Assembly: GCA_905178155.1 (NCBI GenBank)
Contig: CAJINV010000007.1
Location: 1,328,836 to 1,392,835 of the forward strand
Reading direction: 5' to 3'
Source of the DNA: Amoebophrya sp. A120
Taxonomy: Eukaryota > Protista > Dinoflagellata
DNA length: 64,000 bases
Position 1 is the first letter of the stretch, and the number at the start of each line of letters is the position of its first letter. The notes beneath the pieces are model-generated. The model saw nothing but the letters and a program-made list of their open reading frames with translations. It searched no databases and was not told the DNA's origin. Position numbers and translations under genes: made by a program. Positions 1 to 12,300 of this stretch are shown here, one piece after another.

Positions 1-1545
1 GACGATGTATCACATGTAAAAATGTCTGGGTCTGGAAGGTTGGAACTTGTGATGCTAACTTTGGATGCTAAAAAAAACTGTATTGCATGACCAGCAAGAG
101 GAGCCCAGTTTGTGCTACGCGGGGAGGGCATTTGTCATGCGGGATAGGCATCAGGAAGGCCTCTAAAAATATGTGATGCTAGATCATGCATTACAGACAT
201 CTTGACTCATGCAAAATATGCATGACAAACCTTGTAAACTTCCAGACCCAGACATTTTTACATTTGATACGATGCGGCCACCGCCTACATGAAAAAATTC
301 GGCTGGAAGGAGGGCAGCGGGTTGGGGAGGGAGCAACAAGGTATGAGAAAAATGAACGGTTGCTTTTTCTTTTTGATAATGCTGGCTACACAATCAAAAC
401 CTATGAAGTCGTCTCTAGCTTGACGACGGCGAAACTGTTCTTCGCGTCGTGTCTCTTTGAGGTGTGATGTCGCAGGTCACGCACGGGGAGGGAGGATCTT
501 CTTCTTCTACCCAGCACAATTCTATCTCCTCTAGTACAACACATGAGGAGAAGAAACCATGATCATGATCCCGCCAGGTATTACTGCCCCGCTGATTATG
601 CGGAAGACAGATCGCGGCGCGGGGACGGTCGTGCAGGGTACGACGATGCCGGCCCGGAAATTCGATCCGAAAGTCGGCCCAAGCACCGTGGTTGTGCTCA
701 TGAACGCAGTCGGACGCGGGGAGGTTATCGTGGAGAAAAATGCAGCTCGATTTACTGCTGCGAGAGGTGGGGATATACTTGTCATGCTGTTTCAAGATCT
801 GATGACAGGTCAGTTGACGGATAATACGAAGCTGCTAATAGTTATACATGATTTTTCAAAGATGCATGGCAAGTGCAGAAAGCGCGGCCTCTGCGCATCA
901 GAACGCTGTGCATATGGCTGAGCTTTCTGTACAGATCAGTACATCTAACAGAGTAAGCATCACACATGATTTCTATGCTTGCACGACCACGAGCCGACCA
1001 GCAGGAATACGCGAGACAAATTTTTCTCTTCTCGATACCCATCGACGAAGATCTGCAGGAGGAGATGACGGAGGAAGCAGGTACAGAAATGATAATGCGT
1101 TCTTGCAAATATGTCTGGGTCTGGTTTTGTGGCATGAGCAGTAGTCTGTATTGCATGAAGCGAATTGATGACGAGTCTTTTTGTCGCGCTGGGAGGCAGT
1201 TTCTCGTTCGATTTACGAGTGAGTCTGCATCTGCACTGACGTCGTAGTTCAAATACTTGTATATGCGTTCATGTTGTCGTACAGAAAAAGGCCTTCTTGT
1301 GTAAAGTTTTGCGAAAAAATTATTCAGGTAAATACGGCAAAGTGGTGTCCTGTGTCATCAAGGAGGCGGCCAAGGACGTGCCCGACAAGGAGTCTGTCCG
1401 GATTTTCCTGGAGTTTGACAGCGTTCAGGGAGGGCAATTTGCCAAGGCGAAGTTTACAAACCGGTATTTCGGCGGCCGCTATGTGAACTGTCTCTTCTAC
1501 GAGCCAACCCTGTACAAAGCCGGACAGTACTTCGAAAAGCTGTGA
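1..1545 (+). CDS. RBM17: Splicing factor 45 (SPF45/RBM17/DRT111-like), G-patch plus C-terminal UHM; 5' partial, multi-exon
   Basis: G-patch MKKFGWKEGSGLGREQQG|GITAPL, then UHM VVVLMNAVGRGEV|DEDLQEEMTEEAG|KYGKVVSCVI...VRIFLEF...RYFGGRYVNCLFY. GT-AG introns 341-577 and 1081-1327; introners 8-269 and 726-1037; stop at 1545. Confidence 0.85.
8..269. mobile_element. Introner, family A (TIR TATCAAATGYAAAAATGTCTGGGTCTGGAA)
   Basis: TIRs at both ends; direct repeat CGATG at 3-7 and 270-274. Confidence 0.9.
726..1037. mobile_element. Introner, degenerate (D-like TIR)
   Basis: TATCGTGGAGAAAAA...TTTTTCTCTTCTCGATA; flanks GAGGT/CCCAT have diverged, but removing the element plus 5 nt restores GEV-DEDL of the UHM. 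Confidence 0.75.
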
Positions 1546-2487
1546 AGTTCATTTTCGAAGGCATATAGCAGCTGGCTGTTCGTCTTGCTGTGTCGGGGGA
1601 GACGAAAGATGTGCTGGCATAGTGCTCTACAACAGCTCGTGACAATAAAGTTATGAACACGCTTGAGCAGGACCAAGCGGCAGCGACAAGAAGTAGCCTT
1701 CCAGATCTTCATGCGACAAAACAGTTATTCATATCCTCCTTCGTGGAGGATTCCTCGAGGAAGAAGTACTTACTTACTACATCAATCCGCCACATCAGAG
1801 TTGTCACTCCGTGGTCGCAGAACTTTGGGGACTGTACTTGGAAGAACGACGACCGCCATGTTCGTTTCTCTGACCACCATCTCGTGAATAAAATCGATCT
1901 GTGTTATATGCCTAGTAAAAATCGCCATCACAACTTACCAAGGTATTATTTCGTCGTGAGTTGCAATTCCGTAATATCTATGTTGTTTCTACCATAATTC
2001 TCGACGTCTGAGACTGAGCGGACCGTGTTCATCAGCTTTCTCGACCCTTTCGTATTTTGTGCAGGAGGAGGACCGACTGTCTTTGTTTGAGTGAACCAAG
2101 GCTTGTTTGTTTGCTTGTTCTGTTGTTCTTCGGCTCGTCGTGTTGCTGCTGTGTCAATTCCACGCGACGTCTTTTGCATTTCGATCGGCAGTAGAACAAG
2201 CCTTAGTATGGCTTGTTTTACATAATTCACAGAACCTGTGTGGTTTGCAATTTGTGTGGGCCGCTTTGTGTCTCATTATGAAAAAATCAATTCATAGGCG
2301 AGGAGGGCTAGAAGGGATTAAAGCACCACACAAGTGGTCAGAGTCAACATCGCATGTGCGTCGACACGTTTGTGCAGCCACTTGACATCTCTGCCCGTTC
2401 AAGAGGGTCTTGCGCGGCGGGGGGTTTTCTACATCGAGAATAAGTAAGTTACGCAGGAGTTTCTGGAGCAAATAAAACTGGCACGAG

Positions 2488-2688
2488 ATGTTCGGGCTCG
2501 CGGACCGGTTTGACAAGCCCGCGGCCTACAGCCCCGGCCCCGGACACTACGAACACCGGAGCGCTTTTGGCACCAAGGGAAGCGACGATCTCACCACGCA
2601 GCTCGTCCAGAAGCTGTACCAACTGCCCAACGATCCGCTGAACCTAACCTCCATCAGCGTCCGGTCGACGAGATGTAATGAAAAATGA
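2488..2688 (+). CDS. Exon with STPG/SHIPPO-type repeat (SPGPGHY); probably 5' part of the gene continuing at 3529
   Basis: GC-rich coding-like ORF MFGLADRFDKPAAYSPGPGHYE; a second similar repeat (TPINIGPGSY) lies at 3529-3573 in frame with the 3574 ORF. Junction not resolved. Confidence 0.5.
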   Translation: MFGLADRFDKPAAYSPGPGHYEHRSAFGTKGSDDLTTQLVQKLYQLPNDPLNLTSISVRSTRCNEK

Positions 2689-3528
2689 GCTTAATATTCA
2701 ACGATAGAGCTGCTCGTGGACACGACTTTCATAGAATTCCAGCTGACCTCAGATCTTGTGCGTTTTTACGACATTGACCCAGAAGAAACAAAGTGCAGTT
2801 CTAGATGTTGGGAGAATCTATCTACTCTTCGGCCTAAATCAGACAGAGACAGCTAGCGGCCACTGATTTACATCAAATTTTTTATACGGAGTAACAAACT
2901 AACACAGCAACACACTTCGACGACTCGCTGGCGGCCAGGGTAGCGCGCTTGGAGACCTCCCTCAATTGCAACAGAACCTCTGCGTGCGCGCCGGGCAGGA
3001 GACGAGGCGGCGGACCTTCCGGGGTAAGATTGATTTTCTGCTGATTGTAGCGTCGTGATTCGTACTCGTGATTCGTTTATAATTGCGTGCATGATAAAAA
3101 GCGACATTCACATTTGTACTTCTGTAGCATGAGCTACCGCATCCTGCATATCACGATTAAACAGGTTCTCGCATCGTCGTCGACGGAATTCCAAAGCGCA
3201 CAGGACGCCGGCTTCCAGCGACATTCCTGGCTTGCGGGAGAGTTGAGCGGCGACGTGTAAGAAATTATTCTGATACGTGCTTATCTCGTCCTCCAATAAA
3301 TAGTTTTTTTTGCCATCTGGAATTGCGATTCTTTTTTAGGATTGTTGCAGATGCTCCTTGCATCTCACACGAAATTTTTATTTGTCGTGCGTCGCATCTT
3401 TGATTTAATTGTTGAAGAGGGCGCACGCGCACGCTTTGTTTCTCATGGGTCAGGAATACTACAGAGAGAAGATAAAACTAAAACCGGAATGAAAACTAAA
3501 CATAAAAAACATCAGCTTTTGCTTTAAG

Positions 3529-6368
3529 TCCACGAACACGCCCATAAACATCGGCCCGGGGAGCTACAGTTCCATGCAATCCACCGCCCCGGAGAAGGTG
3601 ATTCCGAAAAGTCACAACTACCTGGTGCAACGAAGCGAGGAGATCGCGCGGAACCGACGAGATCTGTGGATCCAGAAGCGACTGCACACCGGCGCAGCTC
3701 CGAGTCCGTTCAGCATGATGAATGGGGACAAATCTTTATCGCTCAGCTATACCCAGTTCGGAAACGGCGGTATGTCGGTCCAGCAAGTAGGTGGACCACT
3801 ACAGATGAACCCGCCGATGGTATCAAAATGAAAAATCCCCCCTCCCCATATCAAAACGAAAATTTGTGATGCTGATTTGTGACCACAAATCGGCTTTGTA
3901 TTGCAGAGAGGCACTGCGGCCAGATCCCCAGGCTAGGTAGGGGCGTATGGGTCTAGTAGTTCAGCATGGCAAACGGCCCCCCTTTAGGCCCAGCAGCATG
4001 ACAAATCGCTTCCATAATGGGGCGGAAGCTTCTGCCCTTGTCTTCTTGCAAGACAGATGTGATTTGTGACCTCAAATCCCCAACGCAAATTTTTAGAAGC
4101 ATGCCTTTTCAATATGGGGGGGGGGATTTTTCCTCTCAATAGATGGTGACGAACGTGCCGCAATCGGCGTCAGACCAGCAGCCCGCGGTCTACCCCCCGC
4201 CGATGGGCAGCGGACCGCAGCAGCCACCCATGGTGTACTACTCCGACCCGCCGGCGAACCCCCTGCAGCTTGCAGGCGCATCGAAGAGTAGCCGCACGGT
4301 GGACCTGCATCACGCGCGGGGGGACAACATGCAGCTCCAAGCGGAAAATTATATCAACAAACCGAGCAGCGAACAGCAAGGGGTAGAGCAAGTACAACAG
4401 CAGTTCCAGTCTACTGCTCTCCAGCAGCCACCACCGATGATAAACGGGGTGCAAATTATATCGGGAACGCAGCCCGCGATGTCCAGTTCCTACGTGCCCG
4501 GCGCTGGCCCACCATCTACTTCGGGAGTCTCGCCCGTGGCTGTGCAACAGCACTTGCAGCATCAACAGCACCAGCACCCCGGAGTCACGCAGAGCCACGT
4601 GCCGCGAACGATCAACTACAATGACGATCACGTTTCCCCCCACCAGTCACAGAACTCGCAGTTGCAGGAGGACAAGAATCCGTTTTCAGCTGCGCACCAA
4701 GCCGCGACAGCGGGGTATCACGGCTACGGATCGGTGCCGGAGCCGATGGGCAGCAGCAGTAGTGGTTTTCATGACCACAGTGCTCCGACAAGTCGCAATC
4801 AGCGTCAGCAACTATATGGCCGTACTAACTACGGATTTGTCAAGTAGTCCAAAAAATTTCAGGGTCCGCGCGTGATGGTATCAGAGGAGGCAGCACAGCT
4901 CACGCATAAAGGCCTCCTTGTATTTTTTTGCATCGTCCGATCCTTAAGCTAGCTAGTTAGGAAGGCGGGCCGCTTCCAGTATCCCCGAGGTCCTGGTACA
5001 TAAATTCGTGTCGGAGCGGGGGGCTAGCCCGCAACCCCGAGCACCGGCAACAAGCGGCACAGGCTCCACGCAACGAAAAAGCTTCCGGGAAACGAAGGCC
5101 GTGGCAACCTGGCTGGCAAGACAAGAGCCATTCTTTTAGGACTCGCGACACAGTTCCGACGCACAGTGTCAGGACTCCACGCAAGACGGCTATGCGATCG
5201 TGAGAAAACGGCGCCAGGCCTGACCCCAACAAAAGAAGGGCACTGGCAGCGGCTTCTCCCACAGGCTGGGCGCACTGTTCATGGCCCCCCGCTTGCTTGG
5301 CTCGCCTCGCCTGACACTCACAAACGAAATGCAGGACGACCCGGCTATCGCGCACTTGCATACACCTGCCAAAGCCCCCGCTAAAGATTGCAGGCCACTG
5401 CCTCCGGGGGTGCTTGGGTTGGGTAATTTGCCTGGCGCCCATTGCAGCGGTCCCAATCCTTCAAAAGCGGGGTAGCCGGTGCCCGGCAAAGCTCGGCCCC
5501 CATCAAAGACGTGGCCAAAGCAAAACCTCAGAAACTAAGCAGCCTGCCCCACATCGCGACGGCCCTCGCAAAAAACCCAACGCGGGCGCACCTCCGGGCG
5601 GGCCGGCTAGCGCTAGTGTGGCTGCGCTACTGAAGCGCGGCCCGCCTGGTTCGGCGCCCACTGCTTTATGCAAAAGCAGGTGGGCGCAGCGCAGAAGCAA
5701 AAAACCCGGCAGGTGTGGACTAGGGCGAAAATTGAAGGGGAAGGTGGGGGGCCTGATATTTCCAGCGAAGGGGGGGTGGTGGGTTGAAAAGAGCAGCGGG
5801 AAGACTGGGTCTGCCACGCATCCTCTGTCGAAGGGGCTGCGCGGGACGTGTCGGAAGAACTGCGCAGCACCATCGTGGATGTGACACAGGGCCACAGTTT
5901 CAACGCCTTCTGCCTCGTCGAAGAGTTCGGGGTCTTCACCTACAGCCCCGTCGCACATTGGGAGGGCAAGAAGCTCTGGGAAGCCCCTTGGCTTCTCTTG
6001 GGGGTGCGATTGCCTCCACGCCCAAGAGGTCCTTACGAAAGATTCAAACATGACCCGGGTCCGCAGCTCCAGAAACTGGCGGCCCCAGTAGCAGCCTGCC
6101 TAGTTAACTAGTTCAATGAATCTGCGCACTCACAGCCTCATTAGTGGGCGACGGATTTCGCATAAGCAAAGACAACACGGTGAGGGATACGCGCGGAGAC
6201 CCTGAAATTTTTTGGACCACTTTGAAAATCCGTAGTTAGTATGGCCACAGTGCTCCGACAAGTCGCAATCAGCGTCAGCAACTAGTCCGGGTAGACGCTT
6301 ACGGAAGACCAATATCATCCTCATCCTCTTCCAATCGTAATCTATCCAGCAGGAAAAAAAGTGTGTGA
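3529..6368 (+). CDS. Q/P-rich hypothetical protein with STPG-like repeat, interrupted by an introner and a 1.43-kb TIR element
   Basis: ORFs 3574-3831 and 4143-4847 join (PPM-VTN) after removing 3821-4146. Removing 4815-6284 extends the frame QQL-VRVDAYGRPISSS...KKSV to TGA 6366-6368. Confidence 0.65.
3821..4141. mobile_element. Introner, family B (TIR TATY-N6-AAAAATCCCCCCTCCCCATAT)
   Basis: TIRs; direct repeat GATGG at 3816-3820 and 4142-4146; frame restored. Confidence 0.92.
4815..6247. mobile_element. Non-autonomous TIR element (~55-bp TIR) with 40-bp flanking direct repeat
   Basis: TGGCCGTACTAACTACGGATTT...CCAAAAAATTTCAGGGTCCGCGCGT at 4817-4873 is inverted at ~6189-6247; direct repeat 4775-4814 = 6245-6284; GC-rich interior with no recognisable transposase. 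Confidence 0.8.
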
Positions 6369-6632
6369 GTCTATACCGTCTATAGGCACTAGGAGCATCT
6401 TGACAAATCAGTGCGCCCCCATGACAAAAAAAATTCCAAACTGTTGAGCGCAGCTGGTAGAACGTGCATCAACCCCTTATGAAGAAAGAACAAGGTATAA
6501 AACTTTCCATGATAGTAATCTTCGTTTTGCATGAAGATCATGACATCTGTAGAAACAGTCTTGGTCGCTCTGCATGATAGATAATTGCTTGTACTCACTC
6601 AGTTTTTTCTTGGATGCAAGAACCCTTTTCAG

Positions 6633-7735
6633 ATGCACGACGATCCTCAGTGGATCGGGAGTTTGGTGCAGCAGTACCACCGAGGGGGCAGTGCATCCTC
6701 GGTTGTGCCCGCGCAGCAACTACAGGGCTACAGCTACCACCCGCAGCAGCAACCGCCGGTATTCACATCGCCGACCAGCCGCGCGTTCGATCCGCCGCCC
6801 AGGTTGGTGATGAGTAGTACGGTATCCTATGTAAAAACGTCCCAACATGGGGATTTTGCAACACAAACCTTGAAGTTTTGGGAACCAAGCATGACAAATT
6901 GCAGGCTGTAGTGTAGTGCAGTTTAGCAAGGGAAGCCGCATAACAAATCGATCTCCTTATGCTGTTTACAGCATTACAAGTTCCAAAACGCGATTGATTT
7001 TGCCGATCATGGGATCGCGCATTACAAACGCTCTTGTGCTCGCAGATCTGCATTACAACTCTGGGGTGGGGACGTTTTTACTCAGGATATACGGCCGCAG
7101 CGCCCTCCGCGCAGCCGCAGAGTAGACCGACGTCGGCCTTGCAGCAGTTACGCATCAGGCAGCAGTATCAAATGCAAAAATGTCTGGGTCTGGAAGAATG
7201 CAACTTGTGATGCTGCATTTGGACTCCAAAAAAATCTGTATTGCATGAGTAGCAAAGGGAATGCAATTTTTGCTACGCTGAGAAGGCATTTCTCATGCGG
7301 AATAGGCATCAAAAAGCCCTCAAAAAATCTGTATCGCTAGGGTATGCATCACAGACATGGTGGCTCATGCAAAACGTGCATGACAAGTGTCAGAATCTTC
7401 CAGACCCAGACATTTTTACAGTTGATAAGCAGCAGATGCAACAGCTCGGCCCGGCTGCAGGATCATCTTACGTCGGCGGCACCGTGCACAGAGGTAAATA
7501 CAATTGATGTCATTTTATTCGTTTGATGAAAAATCAAAATGCTTGTCGTGCTTTCGCTTACTACTTTGAATTGAAGAACCTACTTCGGCGGCACGATGAT
7601 TTGATCAGCTACAATTCCGGGGGTTTTATTCGTTTTGCTCTTGACTTTCTTGCCCATTTCTGCTATCAAGGTGCGTCGGTTCCGAATCCGCAAATGCAAG
7701 CGTACGGGCAACCACAGATGCAAGTCGCGAGATAG
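6633..7735 (+). CDS. Q-rich low-complexity hypothetical protein (possibly 3' exons of the preceding gene)
   Basis: Frame continuous after removing introners 6823-7089 and 7166-7427 and GT-AG intron 7494-7670. ATG 6633 is preceded by TTTTCAG, so it may be a splice acceptor. Confidence 0.65.
6823..7089. mobile_element. Introner, family C (TIR TATCCTGAGTAAAAACGT)
   Basis: TIRs; direct repeat TACGG on both sides; frame restored. Confidence 0.92.
7166..7427. mobile_element. Introner, family A
   Basis: TIRs; direct repeat AGCAG on both sides; frame restored. Confidence 0.92.
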
Positions 7736-9346
7736 CGCTTGGTAGTCTGAGAACGGGAGGGATCAACAAACCCAGAAATTGCTCGGAAAGTTTCATGATC
7801 TGGAACGTCGTTGAACGTCTGTCTTTCTTCAATTTCAATCAATTACAAGCCAATACTTCATTTTCAATCAATTACAAGCCAGTTTTTATCTAATGACTTC
7901 AGGGTTTGATATCGCTAAGAACTTACTAGGAACTGCAGGCGCACGGTCGGAGTGAAGACACGTTGTGCCTGCTCAGTTCTTGTCCTGCGGCTCTCCAGGG
8001 TCGCAAAACAAAATTGAACTTTTCTCGCTTTTCCATGCCACTGCGTGTGACATCAGGACTGGGTGATGTAGTTTTCATGCAATTGCTCTCGTGGTTGTGG
8101 TTCCACTTCTTTGCAGCTAGGAGTAATCCAAGTAGAACTCCCGAGATCTTCAAATTCGAAAGCCTCGAAGGGATGAAAAATACGTATTGAGGACACGTAA
8201 ATCCAACGTAGTGGTAGTCGTTCTGTAACTCCCGGGCATTATTAGAGCACCACGTGAGCAAGAGCAGGCTCCCGCCAAATAGTAGACTTGAAACTTCGTC
8301 CGATTTCTCTACCGCTGTGACCACGTGGTCATCTGGTCCTGTAGGTCTATCCGCGCATGGCAGCACAGTGCGTTTTTACACGCCGAAAAATTAAAGCAGC
8401 GGAAGAAGGATTTTTATCGGAAGTAGAGGAGGCTTCGATTTCAATTCCATCGCTGTGTTATCAATTATCGACATTTTTCTCTTGTATCTATCCCTTTGTT
8501 TGGATTGGAGCCGAGGAAAAGACTCTATGAACCAAAAAATGCACGAAGCAGCTCAGGTATTTTGTGAGCTGTGGAACGAAAATCAATGGTGAAAATGTGG
8601 AAAAATAAAGTCATCAGCCTCTAGTATGACGTCGCTGTTGTATTTGTTGTGAAATACTGTTTGAACTTATCAATTGTATGATAACGGGAAACTTTTTTCG
8701 GCATTATCGCAAACTACAGCGAGTTTGTTAATAATCCTGTTCCGCAACAGGCGAAGAGAGTCCTCTTGGTGTTCTGGCTTCAGGCGTTTGAATCGCAAAA
8801 ATAATGGCAATCGGTCAAGGTAGTTCATCTCCGCATAGTCGGTCGTTCGGTCGTGTGCAATTATAAAACTTCTTCGGATGCTTCTATGTGCAAACTGGCT
8901 GCAAAAATGCAGGTTCGGTCGAAACAATGTAGATTTCGTGCAAGTTAGTAGAAGAGCTGCAACACATTCCTTCGGTTCGTACAGGATGAATATCAACTCG
9001 CGTTTGTCGTTCTTTTCGTCCAGATTTATGCTCCGCGGAGCAGCAGTAGCTTCGTGCAGGCAATAGAATACAGTTGTGTGATGCATCAGGTTTGGTACTA
9101 TAATCTGCTTCTCGTCGCATGGTAAAGTATAGGTAAAAATTTCTACAACCAGGATTTTGTTGTATTACTTGAAACCCAATAATGCCCCCTGCTTGATCTT
9201 GTGGTCCCACATTATGTGATCCCGCAGTTGTCAGCAATCCATTATCTCTTTTGTCCCACCCGTGTTTATTGTGTGTCACCCACCTCATTGTTTCGCTACT
9301 TCATTTCGAATTGATATTGACCATAAAAAAAAGTACAACGCCCACC

Positions 9347-12300
9347 ATGGCTATACTAGCTTCACAGAACGTTCTCCGCACCTCCGGCCGCTCCTCCCGG
9401 CGGCAGAAGAAGGGGATATCCGTGATGACGGCGGTTTTTGGGTCGGTTGTCTTTCTCCTCCTCGACACACAACTCTTCCCTTACTTGTTCGGCGACCAGC
9501 ACGTCCCCCTGACGGCAGATTTTTATATCAAAAAAAATAACTCTCGTCGGGAACAAAAGATGCGAACCATTTATTTGAACGAGAATTCAGTTACGAATCC
9601 TATACCGCAGACGGGGGAGCTGCTGGTCGAAGAGCACCACACGGCAAGAACCAGTACATCGCCCGGAAGTAGCTCTACAACAGCGGCAGATGTTAAAAAT
9701 GATGTCAAAGAGCAGGTGTTGGGAGCACAGCAGGAGTACAACGATGATATTAACGCCAATTCTGGCGCTCCGTCCTTGTTCAACATCGCGTCTTCATTCG
9801 GTAAAAATGGTAAAAATGCTGCTATCACTCTGGAGGAAGAGGAGCTCGAGGTTTCCGGGAACGTGTACGTGTTAGAGATCGCCGTGGTCATCATTCTCTC
9901 GCTGCTCTTCGAGTACTGCGAGGACATGCTCCGCGAGAACCTGGCGAGGAAGGAAAAGGAAGTGGCGCTGGATATTTTGGACTCCTGTTTCGGAGAATTG
10001 ACCGTGCTGGGCTTCATCGGTATTGAAGGTTTTCGCACGACCAAAAACTAGAAGAGGCTCCTTAAAATCATGTTGTATATCGACCTGTAAGGTGAAATAT
10101 CTCAAAAATATTGTGGTTTTTGCAAACGCAAGCTCCGCGTGGATGACCACGTCGTCGAGATTGATGTGAACGTGAAATACTACTCGCTTTTCAAAACTGT
10201 CAATGTCATATACGTACTATCATCCCAGGTCTCGCCGTGTTTATTTCCACGAAAACGGGGGCTGCGACGAGATTAGCGGAGCGGCTAGTGCCCGGCTACG
10301 ACGGCGAGGGGGAAAACCCACTGTCCGAGTCCTTTGAGAATGTGCACATGTGCATCTTCTGCGTGATGATGGTATTCATGTTCCAGGCGGCCACGTTGAT
10401 GTACATCGCGGAAGACTTGGACCGGGTGTGGGACCGATGGGAGTCCATGTCGCCCAAGGGCCGGTCGAATTCTATCGAGGCGGTGCTGAAACGCGCGGGG
10501 TACGTGGACCGCGACGGGAACCGGGTGCAGTCGTTTAGCCCGGGCACTTTCCGCGAACGCATGTGGCACCAGAAAAGCCACAAAATGGTATAGATGCTTG
10601 GAATTTGCACTTCGTATGAACCCATGAGTTTAATATTACGCTGTGATGTACTTGTACTACTAGTCGTGTATGTGCAGTCGTGAAGTAGATTTGATGAAGA
10701 TGCCTTTGACAAGAACACCGTAGATACCAATTTGTTTCATCTACCACGACAATTTCTTCACGACAGATGGTTTTGTGGCACGGGCTCCGGCATTTGTTTT
10801 GCTATCCGGTGGCGATCGACGAGGACGAAAATCATTTGTCCGACATTGTGGAGGTCAAGGACCCGGCCTCCTTCGATTTCCGGATGTATTTGTCCAGCAA
10901 GATGGGCCAGCTTTTGACGGATCTCGTGGAGGTCGACAACCGCACGTGGCTCTTCGCGCTGGTGGTCGTGGTGCCGTTTGTGTCCGTCGCGACCACGGTC
11001 TCCCCGGTCGTCATTATGGTGATGCAAACCGTCATGGGGCTGATCTTCTCCTGTACGATGAATTATATGATTGTTGTTTATAATGAAAAGTAAAAACTTG
11101 TGTGCGGCCACTCGATTGGTGGGGGGGATGGGCGGGTTTACGTTTAATAGAGGAACTATCTATTGCACAAAATCAAAATGAACTTGTTGCGTCGGAACCG
11201 GAAGTTGTTGGTTTTTTTGGATTGCGGCTGCTCAGTCTTTTCTACTAGTGGTACTCAATGAAAAGCATGATGAAGATGTACTTCATGTACGTTGGCTTCG
11301 ATTTTTAATCCAAAACCAAAACAGGTATTTTCGCGTGGCTGCTTTCCGACCTAACGCGTGTGGAGTACAACCTGTGCCCGCAGCTGGGCGCGGACGCGCC
11401 GGAGTGGCTGGAGTACATGGCGGAGAAGGAGTTCAACACGATGAACAACGCAGACAAGATATCCTGAGTAAAAACGTCCCCACGACCCCAGAGTTGTCAA
11501 GATGGGGACTTCGCAACACAAACCTAGAAGTTCAGAGAGTCACGCATGACAAGTCGCACTGCTTAGTGTAGTAGTGTCAAGCGGCAATCTGCGGCCATGG
11601 TGCAATGGGGGGGAAAAGTGTGTCGCATTTTGTTTAGCATGACCAGTCCGGTCGTGTGGGGACGCTTTTACTCAGGATACAAGAAGGGTCGCAAAATCGT
11701 CGCGATGGGCGTCACCCGCGAGTCCCAGGCGCCGGGGGCAGAGCACATGGCGAAGGGGGGACTGCTGAACGGGGACGGCATGAGCGCCGAGTTGCGGGAG
11801 CGGTTGCTTTTCAAAGAGTCCACCACGCTTGCGAGCCTGATGGCGCCGGTGCACTTCCGGATCCTGGAGCGGCGGTCCGAGCTGGAAAAGAAGCAGATGG
11901 AGAGCAGCAGCAAGGACGAGTACTTGGAGAAGGTCGCGGAAGAGATGGGGGAGAACAAGCGTCCGCTGCACGTCCGGCTGCTCGGCGGCAAGGAGGACTA
12001 CATTCCGCACGAGCACTATCCAAGAAAAAAACTGTGTTATTGTAACTTTCTTTGGCTGGTGACAGCATCGCAAATTTAGATTTTCTCTACGTGACAGAGA
12101 AAACCTGTCATGCGTGGCCCTTCTTGTAAGAGAAAACACACATGAAGAGAAGACTTCATGGCTGTCTGGCATGACAGGCGTAACTCTGTTGCATGTTCTG
12201 CATTTTTACAGAGTTCCACTCACAGAGTTTTTTTCTTGCATAAGCACGACCGGCTGTTCCACTTCCACGAGTTCGGGGTCGGGGTGTGCAACCAGATCAT

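Noticed and set aside
4957-6111. Transposase ORF inside the TIR element
   Set aside because: Only short overlapping ORFs (up to 182 aa) with no DDE or other recognisable motif.
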